Notes: generated by a model not told the origin, from the sequence alone. Numbered from the stretch's first letter, positions 33,266 through 42,637 are shown. The stretch: DNA of 64,000 nt from Pseudomonadota bacterium (GCA_963204815.1 CAUJHQ010000068.1:21771-85770), one strand, 5' to 3'. Numbers and translations: made by a program.

Positions 33266-34531
33266 TCAGGCGGCGCCGTCCTTCAGCGTGTCGCAGAGCA
33301 GGTCGAGCCGGCGCTGGTCGGCCGACGGCAGGTCGCCGGCGCGCAGGCGGGCGGCGCGCTCGATGCCCTGCAGGCGGTAGAACAGCTCGTCCTCGATCGA
33401 CTCGACCTCGGCGGCGTCGAGCGCGTCCAGGCCCTCGCAGCTCCACAGGCCGCTGGCGTACCAGCCGGCGCGCAGGCGGCCCAGCAGGTGCTGCGCGAGC
33501 GCGAGCGCGTCCTTCAGCGCGCCGGTCTCGGCGTCGGCGATCAGTTGCGTGGCCCCGTCCTGCGCCGCCTTCAGCGCGTGGTCCAGGTGCGCCAGCCGCG
33601 CCGTCACGTCCTGCGGCGTCAGCGTCGCGTGCAGCGCCGGGTGGGCGCGCGACGCGTCGGCGATGTGGCCGACCCAGCCGAGATCGAACTCGCCCGGCAC
33701 CGCGCGCAGCGCGACGCTGATGCGCGGCAGGTAGGGCTTGCGGCCGCGCAGCACCGCGAGCGCGGTCTCGGCGACGGCGAGCAGGCGGCCCAGCGGCGAC
33801 AGCGCGTCCTTGTGCAGGCCGTGCGGGTAGCCCGAGCCGTCGAGCCGCTCGTGGTGCTCGGCCACCGCGCGCGCGATCGCCGCCGGGTAGTTGGTCAGCT
33901 GCGCGATCAGCAACTGGCCGACGTGCGGGTGCACCACGAGGTGCTGGTAGCTCTGGAAGTCGAGCGCGCGGTCGGCGTCGGCCTCGCCGAAGCGGGGGTC
34001 GATGTACATCTCGCCGAGGTCGTGCAGCAGGCCGCAGAGCATGGCCAGGCGCAGCTCGGCGACGCTGCCGCCGCCGGCCGCCATCAGCGCGCCGGCCAGC
34101 ATCATCGCCCGCAGTGCGTGGTCGAAGGTCTCGGGGCGCGACGCCTGGCCGGCCGTCAGCAGCAGCTGCACCACCGAGTGCAGCGGCAGGTGCGGCACCT
34201 CGGCGGCCAGCCGCGCGGCGTGCGGCTTCAGCAGCGCGGCCAGCGGGTCGCTGCCGTCGAGCAGCGCCTGCGCGCCCTGCACCAGCGTCTGCGAGTTGAC
34301 GCCGTCCTCGGCGAGCAGGCAGCTTTCGAGCGGGTTGCGCAGCTGGCGGTCGAGCAGCTTGCGCTGCAGCGAGCTGGAGACCGGCTGGTCGCGCGCCCAC
34401 AGCTTGGTGCCGGAGATGTCGAAGATGTCGCGCGAGGCGATGATGCTCTTCGTCTGGCTCGCCTCGAGGATGGTGGCCAGCGCGTGCTGGTTGGCGGTGG
34501 CGAAGGCGGCGGGGCGGGCGTTCGGGGGCAT
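33266..34531 (-). CDS. HD-GYP domain protein, degenerate
   Basis: GLLHDLGE, HPHVG, HHERLDGSGYP, AVAE. Confidence 0.85.
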   Translation of the reverse strand: MPPNARPAAFATANQHALATILEASQTKSIIASRDIFDISGTKLWARDQPVSSSLQRKLLDRQLRNPLESCLLAEDGVNSQTLVQGAQALLDGSDPLAALLKPHAARLAAEVPHLPLHSVVQLLLTAGQASRPETFDHALRAMMLAGALMAAGGGSVAELRLAMLCGLLHDLGEMYIDPRFGEADADRALDFQSYQHLVVHPHVGQLLIAQLTNYPAAIARAVAEHHERLDGSGYPHGLHKDALSPLGRLLAVAETALAVLRGRKPYLPRISVALRAVPGEFDLGWVGHIADASRAHPALHATLTPQDVTARLAHLDHALKAAQDGATQLIADAETGALKDALALAQHLLGRLRAGWYASGLWSCEGLDALDAAEVESIEDELFYRLQGIERAARLRAGDLPSADQRRLDLLCDTLKDGAA

Positions 34532-34570
34532 GGCGGGTCTCTCCGGTGGGCGGCATGGGCCTCACCGTCG

Positions 34571-34597
34571 GTATCGGCCCGCCGGGCCGGGAACTGA
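34571..34597 (-). promoter_or_regulatory. Putative sigma28 promoter of HD-GYP gene
   Basis: TCAG-N15-GCCGATAC. Confidence 0.55.
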
Positions 34598-34631
34598 AGC
34601 GCGCGGGTGTGTCGCGCTGCAACGGCGCCGC

Positions 34632-36260
34632 TCAGGCGGCGGCGAGCGCCGGGAACAGCATGCTCTCGTGCGCCTGCGTCGGCTGGCCGCCGGCGGCGAC
34701 GGCGGCGCGCAGCGCGCTGTCGTCCAGCCCCGGATGCTCGCCGCAGGCGCGCTCGGCGATCTCGACGGCCAGCGCCTGCAGGCGTGCCGACGACTCGCGG
34801 ATGCGGCGCCGGAAGGCCTCGCTGTCCAGGCGGTCGTGCAGGCTGCGGTTCAGCTCCACGAACCACGGCACCGACGCCTGGTCGAGCATGATCGGCGCGT
34901 TGCGCTTCCCGCTCACCGCGCTCCACGCGCGCAGGAAGGACTGCACGGCGACGTTCAGGCGCTGGCAGGCGGCGAGCTCGTCGCGCAGGTTCGACAGCGC
35001 CGCGAGGTCGGTCAGGCGCTCCTGGAAGAACAGCTGCGACAGCACGCTCCAGTAGTACGTGTAGTCCCAGATCACCTTCACCGGCAGCACCTCGGGGTCG
35101 GCGAAGAGGCCGTACTGGTCGACGTACAGCGCCATCGTGCTGTCGTAGAACGAGCGGAAGATCTGCTCGTAGACCTGCACGTGCGCCGGCAGCCGCAGGC
35201 CGGCGCGGTCGCGCGCGATCAGTTCGGTGATGAAGGTGTTGCCGATGGCGATGAAGTCGCTGCCCGGCGAGTAGAACGGGTCGAGGAAACGCCCCGCCTC
35301 GCCGGCGAGCGCCCAGCGGTCGGCCGAGAACACCTGCTTGCAGTCGTACGAGAAGCGCTTGAAGAACGCGAAGTCCTGCAGCCTGTCGCGCTTGCCGTCG
35401 AGGTCGGCGTGCAGCGCCGGCTGGTACTTCGCGATCCAGTCCATCGCGCGCTCGAAGGTGTTCATCTCCTCCAGCGGGTGGTAGCGCGGGTCCGCGACGA
35501 TGCCCACCGAATGCGAGCCCGAGGCCAGCGGGATCAGCCAGACCCAGTAGCCGGCGCCGACGAGGTGGTTGGTCGACAGCCAGCGCGTCGGCGTGACGCA
35601 GCGAGCCTGCCATTCGGGGCTGCCGCTCCAGCGGTCGAGCTCGATGCGGTCCTGGATGCGGAACCACACCGCGTGCGCCGGGTGCGCGTTCTCCATCGCC
35701 AGGCCGAGCTGGCGCTTGAGCAGCCCGGCGCGGCCGCAGGCGTCGATGACCCAGCGCGCGCGGGTGGTCTGCAGCTCGTCGCCGGCACGCTGCCAGGTCA
35801 CGCGGTGCAGCGTATCGCCTTCGCCCAGCTCGACGCGGCGGATGAGCGCGTTGTCGACGAAGCGCACGCCCAGCGACTGCGCGCGCTCGGCGAGGAAGTT
35901 CTCGAAGATGCCGCGGTCGATCTGCCAGCTCGTCACCGGCAGCGGACGGCTGGCGCCGAGCTCGGTGACGTTCTCGATGTCGGTGCGGCCTTCGCTGAAG
36001 AAGAAGCGGAAGCCGAACTTGCGCAGCTGCGCCTGCTGAAGATGCTCGCGCAGGCCCAGCACCTCCTCGAAGTAGTGGGCGCCGATCTCGACGCTGGACT
36101 CGCCCACCTTGTGGCAGGCGGTGGGCACCGGGTGCGAGCGCCGCTCGACGACCAGCACGTCGATGTCGGCGAAGCGCCGCTTCAGCTGCAGGGCCAGCGT
36201 CAGGCCGGCGAGGCCGCCGCCCATGATGATGACGTCGTGCTGCGGGTCGGCGGCTGGCAT
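34632..36260 (-). CDS. Flavin-dependent halogenase (Hal2; AerJ/McnD/CrpH-like)
   Basis: GGGLAG, HKVGESSVEIG, LRKFG, QIDRG, LSTNHL..GYWVWLIP, DPFYSPGSD. Confidence 0.85.
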   Translation of the reverse strand: MPAADPQHDVIIMGGGLAGLTLALQLKRRFADIDVLVVERRSHPVPTACHKVGESSVEIGAHYFEEVLGLREHLQQAQLRKFGFRFFFSEGRTDIENVTELGASRPLPVTSWQIDRGIFENFLAERAQSLGVRFVDNALIRRVELGEGDTLHRVTWQRAGDELQTTRARWVIDACGRAGLLKRQLGLAMENAHPAHAVWFRIQDRIELDRWSGSPEWQARCVTPTRWLSTNHLVGAGYWVWLIPLASGSHSVGIVADPRYHPLEEMNTFERAMDWIAKYQPALHADLDGKRDRLQDFAFFKRFSYDCKQVFSADRWALAGEAGRFLDPFYSPGSDFIAIGNTFITELIARDRAGLRLPAHVQVYEQIFRSFYDSTMALYVDQYGLFADPEVLPVKVIWDYTYYWSVLSQLFFQERLTDLAALSNLRDELAACQRLNVAVQSFLRAWSAVSGKRNAPIMLDQASVPWFVELNRSLHDRLDSEAFRRRIRESSARLQALAVEIAERACGEHPGLDDSALRAAVAAGGQPTQAHESMLFPALAAA

Positions 36261-36325
36261 GTGGGGCTACTCCGGGGCAGGAACCTGACCCGCGATGATG
36301 CCCCAGAAGGTGCGCCCCGGCGCCC

Positions 36326-37060
36326 TCAGAGGGCTTGCAGATCCAACGCCAGCGCGAGTTGCGGCGTCAGCGGCAGCGCGAACGCCGCGCCGTGCCCGCC
36401 GGCCAGCGCCTCGAACAGCGGCAGCGCGTCGGCCATCGCGTTGCCGGCCAGCGCCGCCAGCGTGGTCGGCGCCGGCGCGGCGGCCGCCCCGGGCCGCACC
36501 GCCCAGCCGATCGACCACTGCGAGCGCGCGCTTCGCTGCGGCGCCAGCACGAGCGCCACGCCCAGCAGCCCGCGGCTGCGATTGACAGAGGCGAGCGCGC
36601 CGCGCGCGTCGGTGTCGAAGCCGGCCAGCAGCACCGGCCGCTGGTCGGCTTCGCACTGGCAGGCGGCTTCGAGCAGCCCGCCGGCGAAGCTGGCCCCGTG
36701 CGCCGACAGCGCCGTGCTCGGCGCGCGCGCGCCGGCGGCGATCGCCCAGTAGCCCGACGCCGCGTTGTGCACCGAGTGGTGGAAGCGTGTCGGCGACAGC
36801 AGCGTCGGGTCGCGTGCGAGCGTGGTGCAGAGCGCGTCGACGATCGCGAGGTCGCCGTGCGCCGAGGTGAACACGCTCGCCAGCGTCGCCGGGTCGTGGC
36901 CCGAGGCCTGCACCGCACGCTGCGCGACCTCGAGCGCGACGAGCACCGAATCGGGCGCGCGCCGGCGCTCGTTGGCGACCAGCATCGCCGGCGCCGGGCG
37001 TTCGCCCGCCACCTGCGATGACCAGAGCGCGTGGCCGTCGATGAAGAGCCGTTGCGTCAT
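36326..37060 (-). CDS. Ketosynthase chain-length factor (CLF-A, ApeC-like)
   Basis: NERRRAP, FTSAHGD, SPTRFHHSVHNAASGYW; no catalytic Cys. Confidence 0.87.
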   Translation of the reverse strand: MTQRLFIDGHALWSSQVAGERPAPAMLVANERRRAPDSVLVALEVAQRAVQASGHDPATLASVFTSAHGDLAIVDALCTTLARDPTLLSPTRFHHSVHNAASGYWAIAAGARAPSTALSAHGASFAGGLLEAACQCEADQRPVLLAGFDTDARGALASVNRSRGLLGVALVLAPQRSARSQWSIGWAVRPGAAAAPAPTTLAALAGNAMADALPLFEALAGGHGAAFALPLTPQLALALDLQAL

Positions 37061-38262
37061 GCGCCGGGCCCGAAGACGAGGACGGCGTTGTTGCCACCGA
37101 ACCCGAACGAATGGCTGGCCGCCCAGCGCGGGCGCCGCTGCGCCGGCGCCAGCCGCAGCTGCTGCACGAAGCGCGCGCCGAAGCCGGGGTCGATGCGCGT
37201 CGTGCCGGCGCTGCCGGCGGCCAGCCCGCGCTCCAGTGCGAGCAGGCAGACCGCCGCCTCCAGCGCGCCGGCAGCGCCCATCGTGTGGCCGGTGAGGCCC
37301 TTGGTGGCGCAGGCGTGCAGGTCGGGGGCGTAGCGGCGTGCCACCAGCGCGGCCTCGACCTCGTCGTTCTGCGCGCTCGCGGTGCCGTGCAGGTTCAGGA
37401 AGTCGATCTCGTGGGCGTCGAGCCCGGCGCGCGCCAGCGCGTCGTCGAGCGCCGCTTCGGCGCCCAGGCCCTGCGGGTGCGGGCTCGACATGTGGTGCGC
37501 GTCGTTCGACTCGCCATAACCCACCAGCCGCCAGGGCCCGCTGCCGCGCTGCAGCAGCGCCCACGCGGCGGCCTCGCCGATGCTGATGCCGGCGCGGTCG
37601 GCGCCGAAGGGCTGGCACGGCGCGCCCGACACGAGGTTGAGCGAGCGGAAGCCGTAGAGCAGGCTGTTCGACAAGGCCTCGACGCCGCCGACGACGACGG
37701 CGTCGCACAACCCCAGCCGCAGCCAGCGTTCGCCGACCGCGAACGCCTTCGCGCTCGACGAGCAGGCGGTCGACACCGTGAGGCATGGTCCTTCGAGCGC
37801 CAGCACGCGCTGCGCGAAGGCGGCCAGCGCATGCGGCGTGTTGAGCCCCTCGTGGCGCAGTTCGGGCGGAAACCCGCCGTCTGGCGCCAGCGCGCGGTAG
37901 GCCGCCTCGGAAGCGCCGATCGTCGATGCCGACGTGCCGAGCACGAGGCCGACGCGCGCCGCGCCGTGCGCCTCGCGCGCCGCCGCCACCAGGCTCGCGA
38001 AGCCGTCGGCCTGCAGGCCCAGCCAGGCCGGCCGCGTGACGCGGCAGTCGAAGGCGGCGTGCGCCGGCGGCAGCGGCAGGCCTTCGAGCCCGGCCACGCG
38101 GCCGCTGAAGCCGGCCAGCGGCGGCTCGCCGAAGGTGTTGGGCGTGAGCGCGCTGCGGTTGGCGGCCAGGGCATCGGCCAGCGCGTCCAGGCCGATGCCG
38201 GCGGCGCAGGTCGCGGTGCAGGCGGCCACCGCCACCGGCGCGATGGGCGCCGGCCGCGTCAT
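37057..38262 (-). CDS. Beta-ketoacyl synthase (ApeO-like KS2)
   Basis: STACSSSAKAF, LHGTAS, GHTMGAAG, SFGFGGNN. Confidence 0.9.
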   Translation of the reverse strand: MTRPAPIAPVAVAACTATCAAGIGLDALADALAANRSALTPNTFGEPPLAGFSGRVAGLEGLPLPPAHAAFDCRVTRPAWLGLQADGFASLVAAAREAHGAARVGLVLGTSASTIGASEAAYRALAPDGGFPPELRHEGLNTPHALAAFAQRVLALEGPCLTVSTACSSSAKAFAVGERWLRLGLCDAVVVGGVEALSNSLLYGFRSLNLVSGAPCQPFGADRAGISIGEAAAWALLQRGSGPWRLVGYGESNDAHHMSSPHPQGLGAEAALDDALARAGLDAHEIDFLNLHGTASAQNDEVEAALVARRYAPDLHACATKGLTGHTMGAAGALEAAVCLLALERGLAAGSAGTTRIDPGFGARFVQQLRLAPAQRRPRWAASHSFGFGGNNAVLVFGPGA

Positions 38263-39032
38263 GCCGCCACCCCGGCGCAGGCCTCCGGCAGCAGGCGGCG
38301 GTCGAGCCAGTCGTTCCAGAGCGCGCGCCAGGGCGGCCAGTCGTGGCCCCCCGGGGTGTCGAAGCTGCGCCCGGCCGGCAGGGCATTGGCCAGCATGCGG
38401 TGGGCGTCGGCGAAGCGGTCGGCGCGGCCGAAGCCCAGCCAGACCGGCGGACCCGGGGGCGCCGGCTGCGCCAGCCACTCCCAGAGGTCACGCTCGGCGT
38501 CGTCGGCCTCGCGCGGGTGCGGTGCGCTGCGCCAGCGCGCCGGGCCGCCGGCGTCGATGATCTCCTTCTGCAGCTGGCGCCGGCCGAGGTAGGGCGCCAG
38601 CGCGAGGATGCCGTCGACCTCGCCGCCGTGCCGTGCGCCGAAGGCCAGCGCGCCAAAGCCGCCGAGCGAGATGCCGACGAGCCAGACCTGGCGGTAGCCC
38701 TGCGCGCGCGCGGGCAGCACGATGTCTTCGCGCAGGCGGCGGATGGCGCTGCGGTCCTGGAAGTAGCCGACATGGGCGTCGGCGATGGCGATGTCCGCCG
38801 CCACGGCGCGGCGGCGAAGTTCACCGACGAAGCCTTCGTCGACGAACTCCTGCGGGCGGCTGTAGGCCCCCGGCAGCATGACGACCAGGGCCGGGGCGCG
38901 CCCGGCGCAGGGGCCGGGCAGTCGCGTCACGTCCATCGGCATGCGGGTGGCGGGGACCGTCAGGGCGCAGCCGCCCGTTGCGGCTGCGAGCGCCGACCAG
39001 CCCAACAGCTGCCGGCGGCGCGTGCAGGTCAC
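38259..39032 (-). CDS. Alpha/beta-hydrolase, putative Tat lipoprotein
   Basis: TRRRQLL signal ending GGC, GISLGG nucleophile elbow, GGHDW; GTGA-coupled start. Confidence 0.8.
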   Translation of the reverse strand: MTCTRRRQLLGWSALAAATGGCALTVPATRMPMDVTRLPGPCAGRAPALVVMLPGAYSRPQEFVDEGFVGELRRRAVAADIAIADAHVGYFQDRSAIRRLREDIVLPARAQGYRQVWLVGISLGGFGALAFGARHGGEVDGILALAPYLGRRQLQKEIIDAGGPARWRSAPHPREADDAERDLWEWLAQPAPPGPPVWLGFGRADRFADAHRMLANALPAGRSFDTPGGHDWPPWRALWNDWLDRRLLPEACAGVAA

Positions 39033-39571
39033 CGGTAGCCTTCTTCCTTCGGGTTGTGGATGATCCAGATGAGGTTGGCGTTGCCGCTGCTGCCCCAGCC
39101 CCAGCCGGCGCCGGCGGCGAAGATCAGCCGGCCCTGGCCCTTGTAGACGAGCTCGTGGCGGTGCTTGTCGGAGCCGAAGTACCAGGGGATCCAGGCCTTG
39201 CCGGTCATGTAGGCGCCCTGGTCGGTGGGCGAGCCGGCGAGGTCCATCACCTGGCGCAGGCCCATGCCGATCTTCAGCTGCGTGAACTTGCTGCCCGGGC
39301 CCGGCTTGCCGGTGATCTCGCCCTCCCAGTCGTCGATGCCCTTGACCTTCTGGCCATAGCCGGCCTCGACCTTGCGGCTGTCGACCACCTCGCCGTTGGC
39401 GTTCATGCCGGGGCCGACCTTCGGCTGCGCCGGGGCGGCCGCCGCGGCCGGCGCCGGTGCCGGGCTGCTGCTCGAAGAAGACCCTCCCGGCATGCTGCCG
39501 CAGCCCACCAGCGCCGCCGCCGCGACGAGGGCGCCGAGTGCGCTGCCCGATTGCCTCAATGTCCCGTCCAT
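39029..39571 (-). CDS. Lipoprotein, BamE/SmpA-like domain
   Basis: Lipobox LVGC, Ser/Pro/Ala linker, LKIGM...QV..LAGSP. Confidence 0.7.
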   Translation of the reverse strand: MDGTLRQSGSALGALVAAAALVGCGSMPGGSSSSSSPAPAPAAAAAPAQPKVGPGMNANGEVVDSRKVEAGYGQKVKGIDDWEGEITGKPGPGSKFTQLKIGMGLRQVMDLAGSPTDQGAYMTGKAWIPWYFGSDKHRHELVYKGQGRLIFAAGAGWGWGSSGNANLIWIIHNPKEEGYR

Positions 39572-39698
39572 GCAATGTCCCTTCCAGAGGTTGAAACGTG
39601 TGGGGATGTATCCACGCTGTCCATGCTAACCGCGCCGGCACGGGGTTTTGAAGCCCCGGATATCGTGGGTGTGGATGAACTTCCCGCCGACCGCACCG

Positions 39699-40601
39699 AT
39701 GACCGACACCCCCTGCACCCGGCGCCGCCTGCTCGCGCTCGGCGCGCTCGCGCCCACCGCCTGGCTGGCGGCCTGCGGCACGCCGTTGCCGCGCCCCGGC
39801 GGCCCGCCAGGAGGCGCCACCGCCGACGGCCAGGCGCTGCTGCGCGAAAGCGCCGACGCGCACGGCTGGGCTGCCTACCGCACGCTCACCGACATCAACA
39901 TCGCCTACGGCGGCGAGTGGCGGCCCTTCATCGACCGCATCCAGCCGGTGGTCGTCGACAAGGCCTTCCGCGGCGCGTCGGAAGAACGGCTGCTGCCGCG
40001 CGAGGGCGTGGTCGCGCAGGCCTACACCGGGCCGGCCGGGCGCAAGCACGTGTGGTGGCGGCGCGGCAGCGCGGCGCAGGCCGGCGAGGTCGGCGTGTGG
40101 GTCAACGGCACGCCGAGTGCCGACGCGGCGCTGCTCGACGCCTCGGCGCTGGTGGCCGAGGCCTACGGCCTGTTCCTGCTGGGCCCGCTGTGGGCGCTGG
40201 ACCGCGGCGCGCCGGTGCTGCGCGACGGCAGCGAGCGCTTCGACGGCCGCCTGCACGACCGCCTGCAGCTGTGGGTGGCGCCCGGCCTGGGCCGGGTCGC
40301 GCAGGACCGCGTCACGCTGCTGGTGGACCGCAGCACGCGCATCACGCGGCGCCTGCGCTTCACGCTGGAGGGCTTTGCCGGCACGCAGGGCGCGGTCGCC
40401 GAGGTCGACACCTACGACCACGAGCGCCGCTTCGGCGTGCTGTGGCCGATGCGCTCGTACGAAGAGGTGGTGCACCCGCTGCGGCTGCCGGCGCACGACT
40501 GGTTCGTGCGCGGGCTGGACGTCAACCGCGGCCACGGCGCCGACGCGCTGCGCGGCCCCGTCTTCACCGGCGCGGCGGCGGCACCGGCGAAGCCGGTCTA
40601 G
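39699..40601 (+). CDS. Putative Tat lipoprotein of unknown function
   Basis: TRRRLL...LAAC lipobox; beta-strand-rich body. Confidence 0.72.
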   Translation: MTDTPCTRRRLLALGALAPTAWLAACGTPLPRPGGPPGGATADGQALLRESADAHGWAAYRTLTDINIAYGGEWRPFIDRIQPVVVDKAFRGASEERLLPREGVVAQAYTGPAGRKHVWWRRGSAAQAGEVGVWVNGTPSADAALLDASALVAEAYGLFLLGPLWALDRGAPVLRDGSERFDGRLHDRLQLWVAPGLGRVAQDRVTLLVDRSTRITRRLRFTLEGFAGTQGAVAEVDTYDHERRFGVLWPMRSYEEVVHPLRLPAHDWFVRGLDVNRGHGADALRGPVFTGAAAAPAKPV

Positions 40602-41329
40602 ATCATCCCGCCGTTGATCGAGATCACCTGGCCGGTGATGTAGCCGGCGGCGTCGCTGGCCAGGAAGGCGGCCAGCGCGGCCACTTCCTCCGGCTTGCCG
40701 GCGCGCTTGGCGGGCACCAGGTTCTTCACCATCTCGGCGTCGAAGGCGCCGGCGGCCATCGGCGACTCGATGATGCCGGGCGCGATGGCGTTGACGGTGA
40801 TGCCGCGGCTGGCCACTTCCATCGACAGCGCCTTCGTCGCGCTGTTCAGCGCGCCCTTCGCGGCGGCGTAGTTCACCTGGCCGCGGTTGCCGGCGATGGC
40901 GGCCACCGACGAGACGTTGATGACGCGCCCCCAGCGCGTGCGGATCATCGGCAGCATCAGCGGCTGCGTGACGCGGAAGAAGCCGTGCAGCGAGACGTCG
41001 ATGACGCCGTACCACTGCGCCGCCTTCATGCCCGGGAAGACGGCGTCGTCGTGGATGCCGGCGTTGTTGACGATGACCTGCACCGGGCCGCCTTCGAGCA
41101 TCTTCGCGCAGGCGGCGGCACAGGCTTCGTCGCTGCCGAGGTCGAAGGGCCAGCACTCGGCCGCGCCGCCGGCGGCCTGGATCTCGGCGGCCAGCGCGGC
41201 CAGCGCGTCGGGGCGCGAGTGGCCGTGCAGCAGCACGGTGGCGCCGTCGGCGGCGAGCTTCAGCGCGATGGCGCGGCCGAGCGCGCCGCTGGCGCCGGTG
41301 ACGAGGGCGCGTTTGCCTTGCAGGCTCAT
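40598..41329 (-). CDS. fabG: 3-oxoacyl-ACP reductase (ApeQ/XanH-like)
   Basis: TGASGALG, NNAG, NYAAAK, GQVISINGG. Confidence 0.92.
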   Translation of the reverse strand: MSLQGKRALVTGASGALGRAIALKLAADGATVLLHGHSRPDALAALAAEIQAAGGAAECWPFDLGSDEACAAACAKMLEGGPVQVIVNNAGIHDDAVFPGMKAAQWYGVIDVSLHGFFRVTQPLMLPMIRTRWGRVINVSSVAAIAGNRGQVNYAAAKGALNSATKALSMEVASRGITVNAIAPGIIESPMAAGAFDAEMVKNLVPAKRAGKPEEVAALAAFLASDAAGYITGQVISINGGMI

Positions 41330-41784
41330 GGCGTGGGCAGGGGGCTGTTGAGGACGACGGTGGCACGGCCTTCGACGAGCACGCGGCCTTGCGTGTCCTC
41401 GAGCGCGAAGCGGTAGAGCGCCTGCTGCTCGTCGCCGGCCATCTTGGTGGCGACGACGACGAGCTCGCCTTCGATCTCGTCCAGGCGCGGCACGTGCATC
41501 TTCACGCCGCGTGCGGCGGCCAGGAAGCCGGGGCGCGGCGGCACGCCGGGGGCGGCCGCCAGGCCGCCGTGCAGCGCCATCGCCTGCGAGGCGTATTCGA
41601 TCGCCACCGGCGCCAGCAGCCCGCCGGCGCCGCGCAGCGGGTTGGCGGGGTCGCGGTGGCTGGTGGCGCGGCAGCGGATGGTCTGTGCGTCCCAGGCCTC
41701 GCAGCGGTCCAGCAGGCACATCGTGCCGGCGTGCGGCACGCGCGCCGCGATCGCGGCGTGGTCGAGCAGCGCCGGGCCGCTCAT
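41326..41784 (-). CDS. Hotdog 3-hydroxyacyl-ACP dehydratase subunit (ApeP-like)
   Basis: VPHAGTMCLLD, IEYASQAMALHG, GFLAA. Confidence 0.87.
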   Translation of the reverse strand: MSGPALLDHAAIAARVPHAGTMCLLDRCEAWDAQTIRCRATSHRDPANPLRGAGGLLAPVAIEYASQAMALHGGLAAAPGVPPRPGFLAAARGVKMHVPRLDEIEGELVVVATKMAGDEQQALYRFALEDTQGRVLVEGRATVVLNSPLPTP

Positions 41785-42563
41785 CTGACACTCACTTTCA
41801 GCGTCATGCCGTCGAGGCCTTCGACGAGCACGGCGCCGCTGCGGCCGGCGGCCAGCGCCTGCAGCAGCGGCAGCGCGCGCGCGGCCGGGATCGAGGTGCG
41901 CAGCGCGTCCAGCGCGGCGTCGCCGCAGGCGGTGGGCTCGGCCGCGCCGACGAGGTCGATCGCGAGCGCCGGGCCGGGGCCCTGCGGCGCCAGCACGAAG
42001 GCCATGCCGAAGGTGTCGGACAGCGGGCGCTTGGCGTGCAGCGGCTCGGGGTAGGGCACGTCGCAGGCCACCAGCAGCACCGGGCGGCCGCCGGCCACGC
42101 ACTGCGCGGCGGCTTCGAGCAGGCCGGCGCCGAAGCTGGCGTCGTAGGCGCCCAGGCTGGTCGACGGCGCCGTCGCATGCGCGGCGATGTGCCAGTAGCC
42201 GGCCGCCGCGTTGTGCACCGAGTTCGTGAAGCGCGTCGGCGACACCATGCGTTCCGGCGCGGCGAGCGCTTCGCACAGCGCGTGGCAGTTCGACGGCTCG
42301 CCGGTCGACGAGGTGAACACGGTGGGCAGCGCGGCCGCGTCCAGGCCCGACATCGCCACCGCCTGGTCAGCGACGACGATGGCGCACTTCACCACCGGCC
42401 CGGCGCGCCGCCGTTCGGTGGGCGGCAGGCGGCTCGGCGCCGGCACCACGGTGGCCGCGCGCTGCCAGCCGGCGGGGTCGCGCAGCAGCGCGGCGCCGCC
42501 CGCCCAGTCCGCCAGCCCGGGCCCGAGCAGCCCGATGCCCGCGACGTGCACGACGAGGCTCAT
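41781..42563 (-). CDS. Ketosynthase chain-length factor (CLF-B)
   Basis: LPPTERRRAG, FTSSTGE, SPTRFTNSVHNAAAGYW. Confidence 0.88.
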   Translation of the reverse strand: MSLVVHVAGIGLLGPGLADWAGGAALLRDPAGWQRAATVVPAPSRLPPTERRRAGPVVKCAIVVADQAVAMSGLDAAALPTVFTSSTGEPSNCHALCEALAAPERMVSPTRFTNSVHNAAAGYWHIAAHATAPSTSLGAYDASFGAGLLEAAAQCVAGGRPVLLVACDVPYPEPLHAKRPLSDTFGMAFVLAPQGPGPALAIDLVGAAEPTACGDAALDALRTSIPAARALPLLQALAAGRSGAVLVEGLDGMTLKVSVR

Positions 42564-42637
42564 GTGGCCCCCCAGGCGCTGCGCGCCGGCCCCCCGAGGG
42601 GGCATGAGCGCCTTCGGAGCGGCCGTGCGGCGCTCAT
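42560..42637 (-). repeat. Short palindromic (REP/MITE-like) insert encoding a 25-aa coupling mini-ORF
   Basis: ATGAGC at both ends, internal inverted repeat ATGAGCGCC/GGCGCTCAT, CCCCCTCGGGGG palindrome; ORF MSAARPLRRRSCPLGGPARSAWGAT. Confidence 0.65.

Noticed and set aside
38259-41366. Apparent giant fusion ORFs in the track (38259-41366, 44603-47755, 15817-18678, 11649-13847)
   Set aside because: N-terminal parts overlap other real genes; true starts are internal and supported by stop/start overlaps or RBS.
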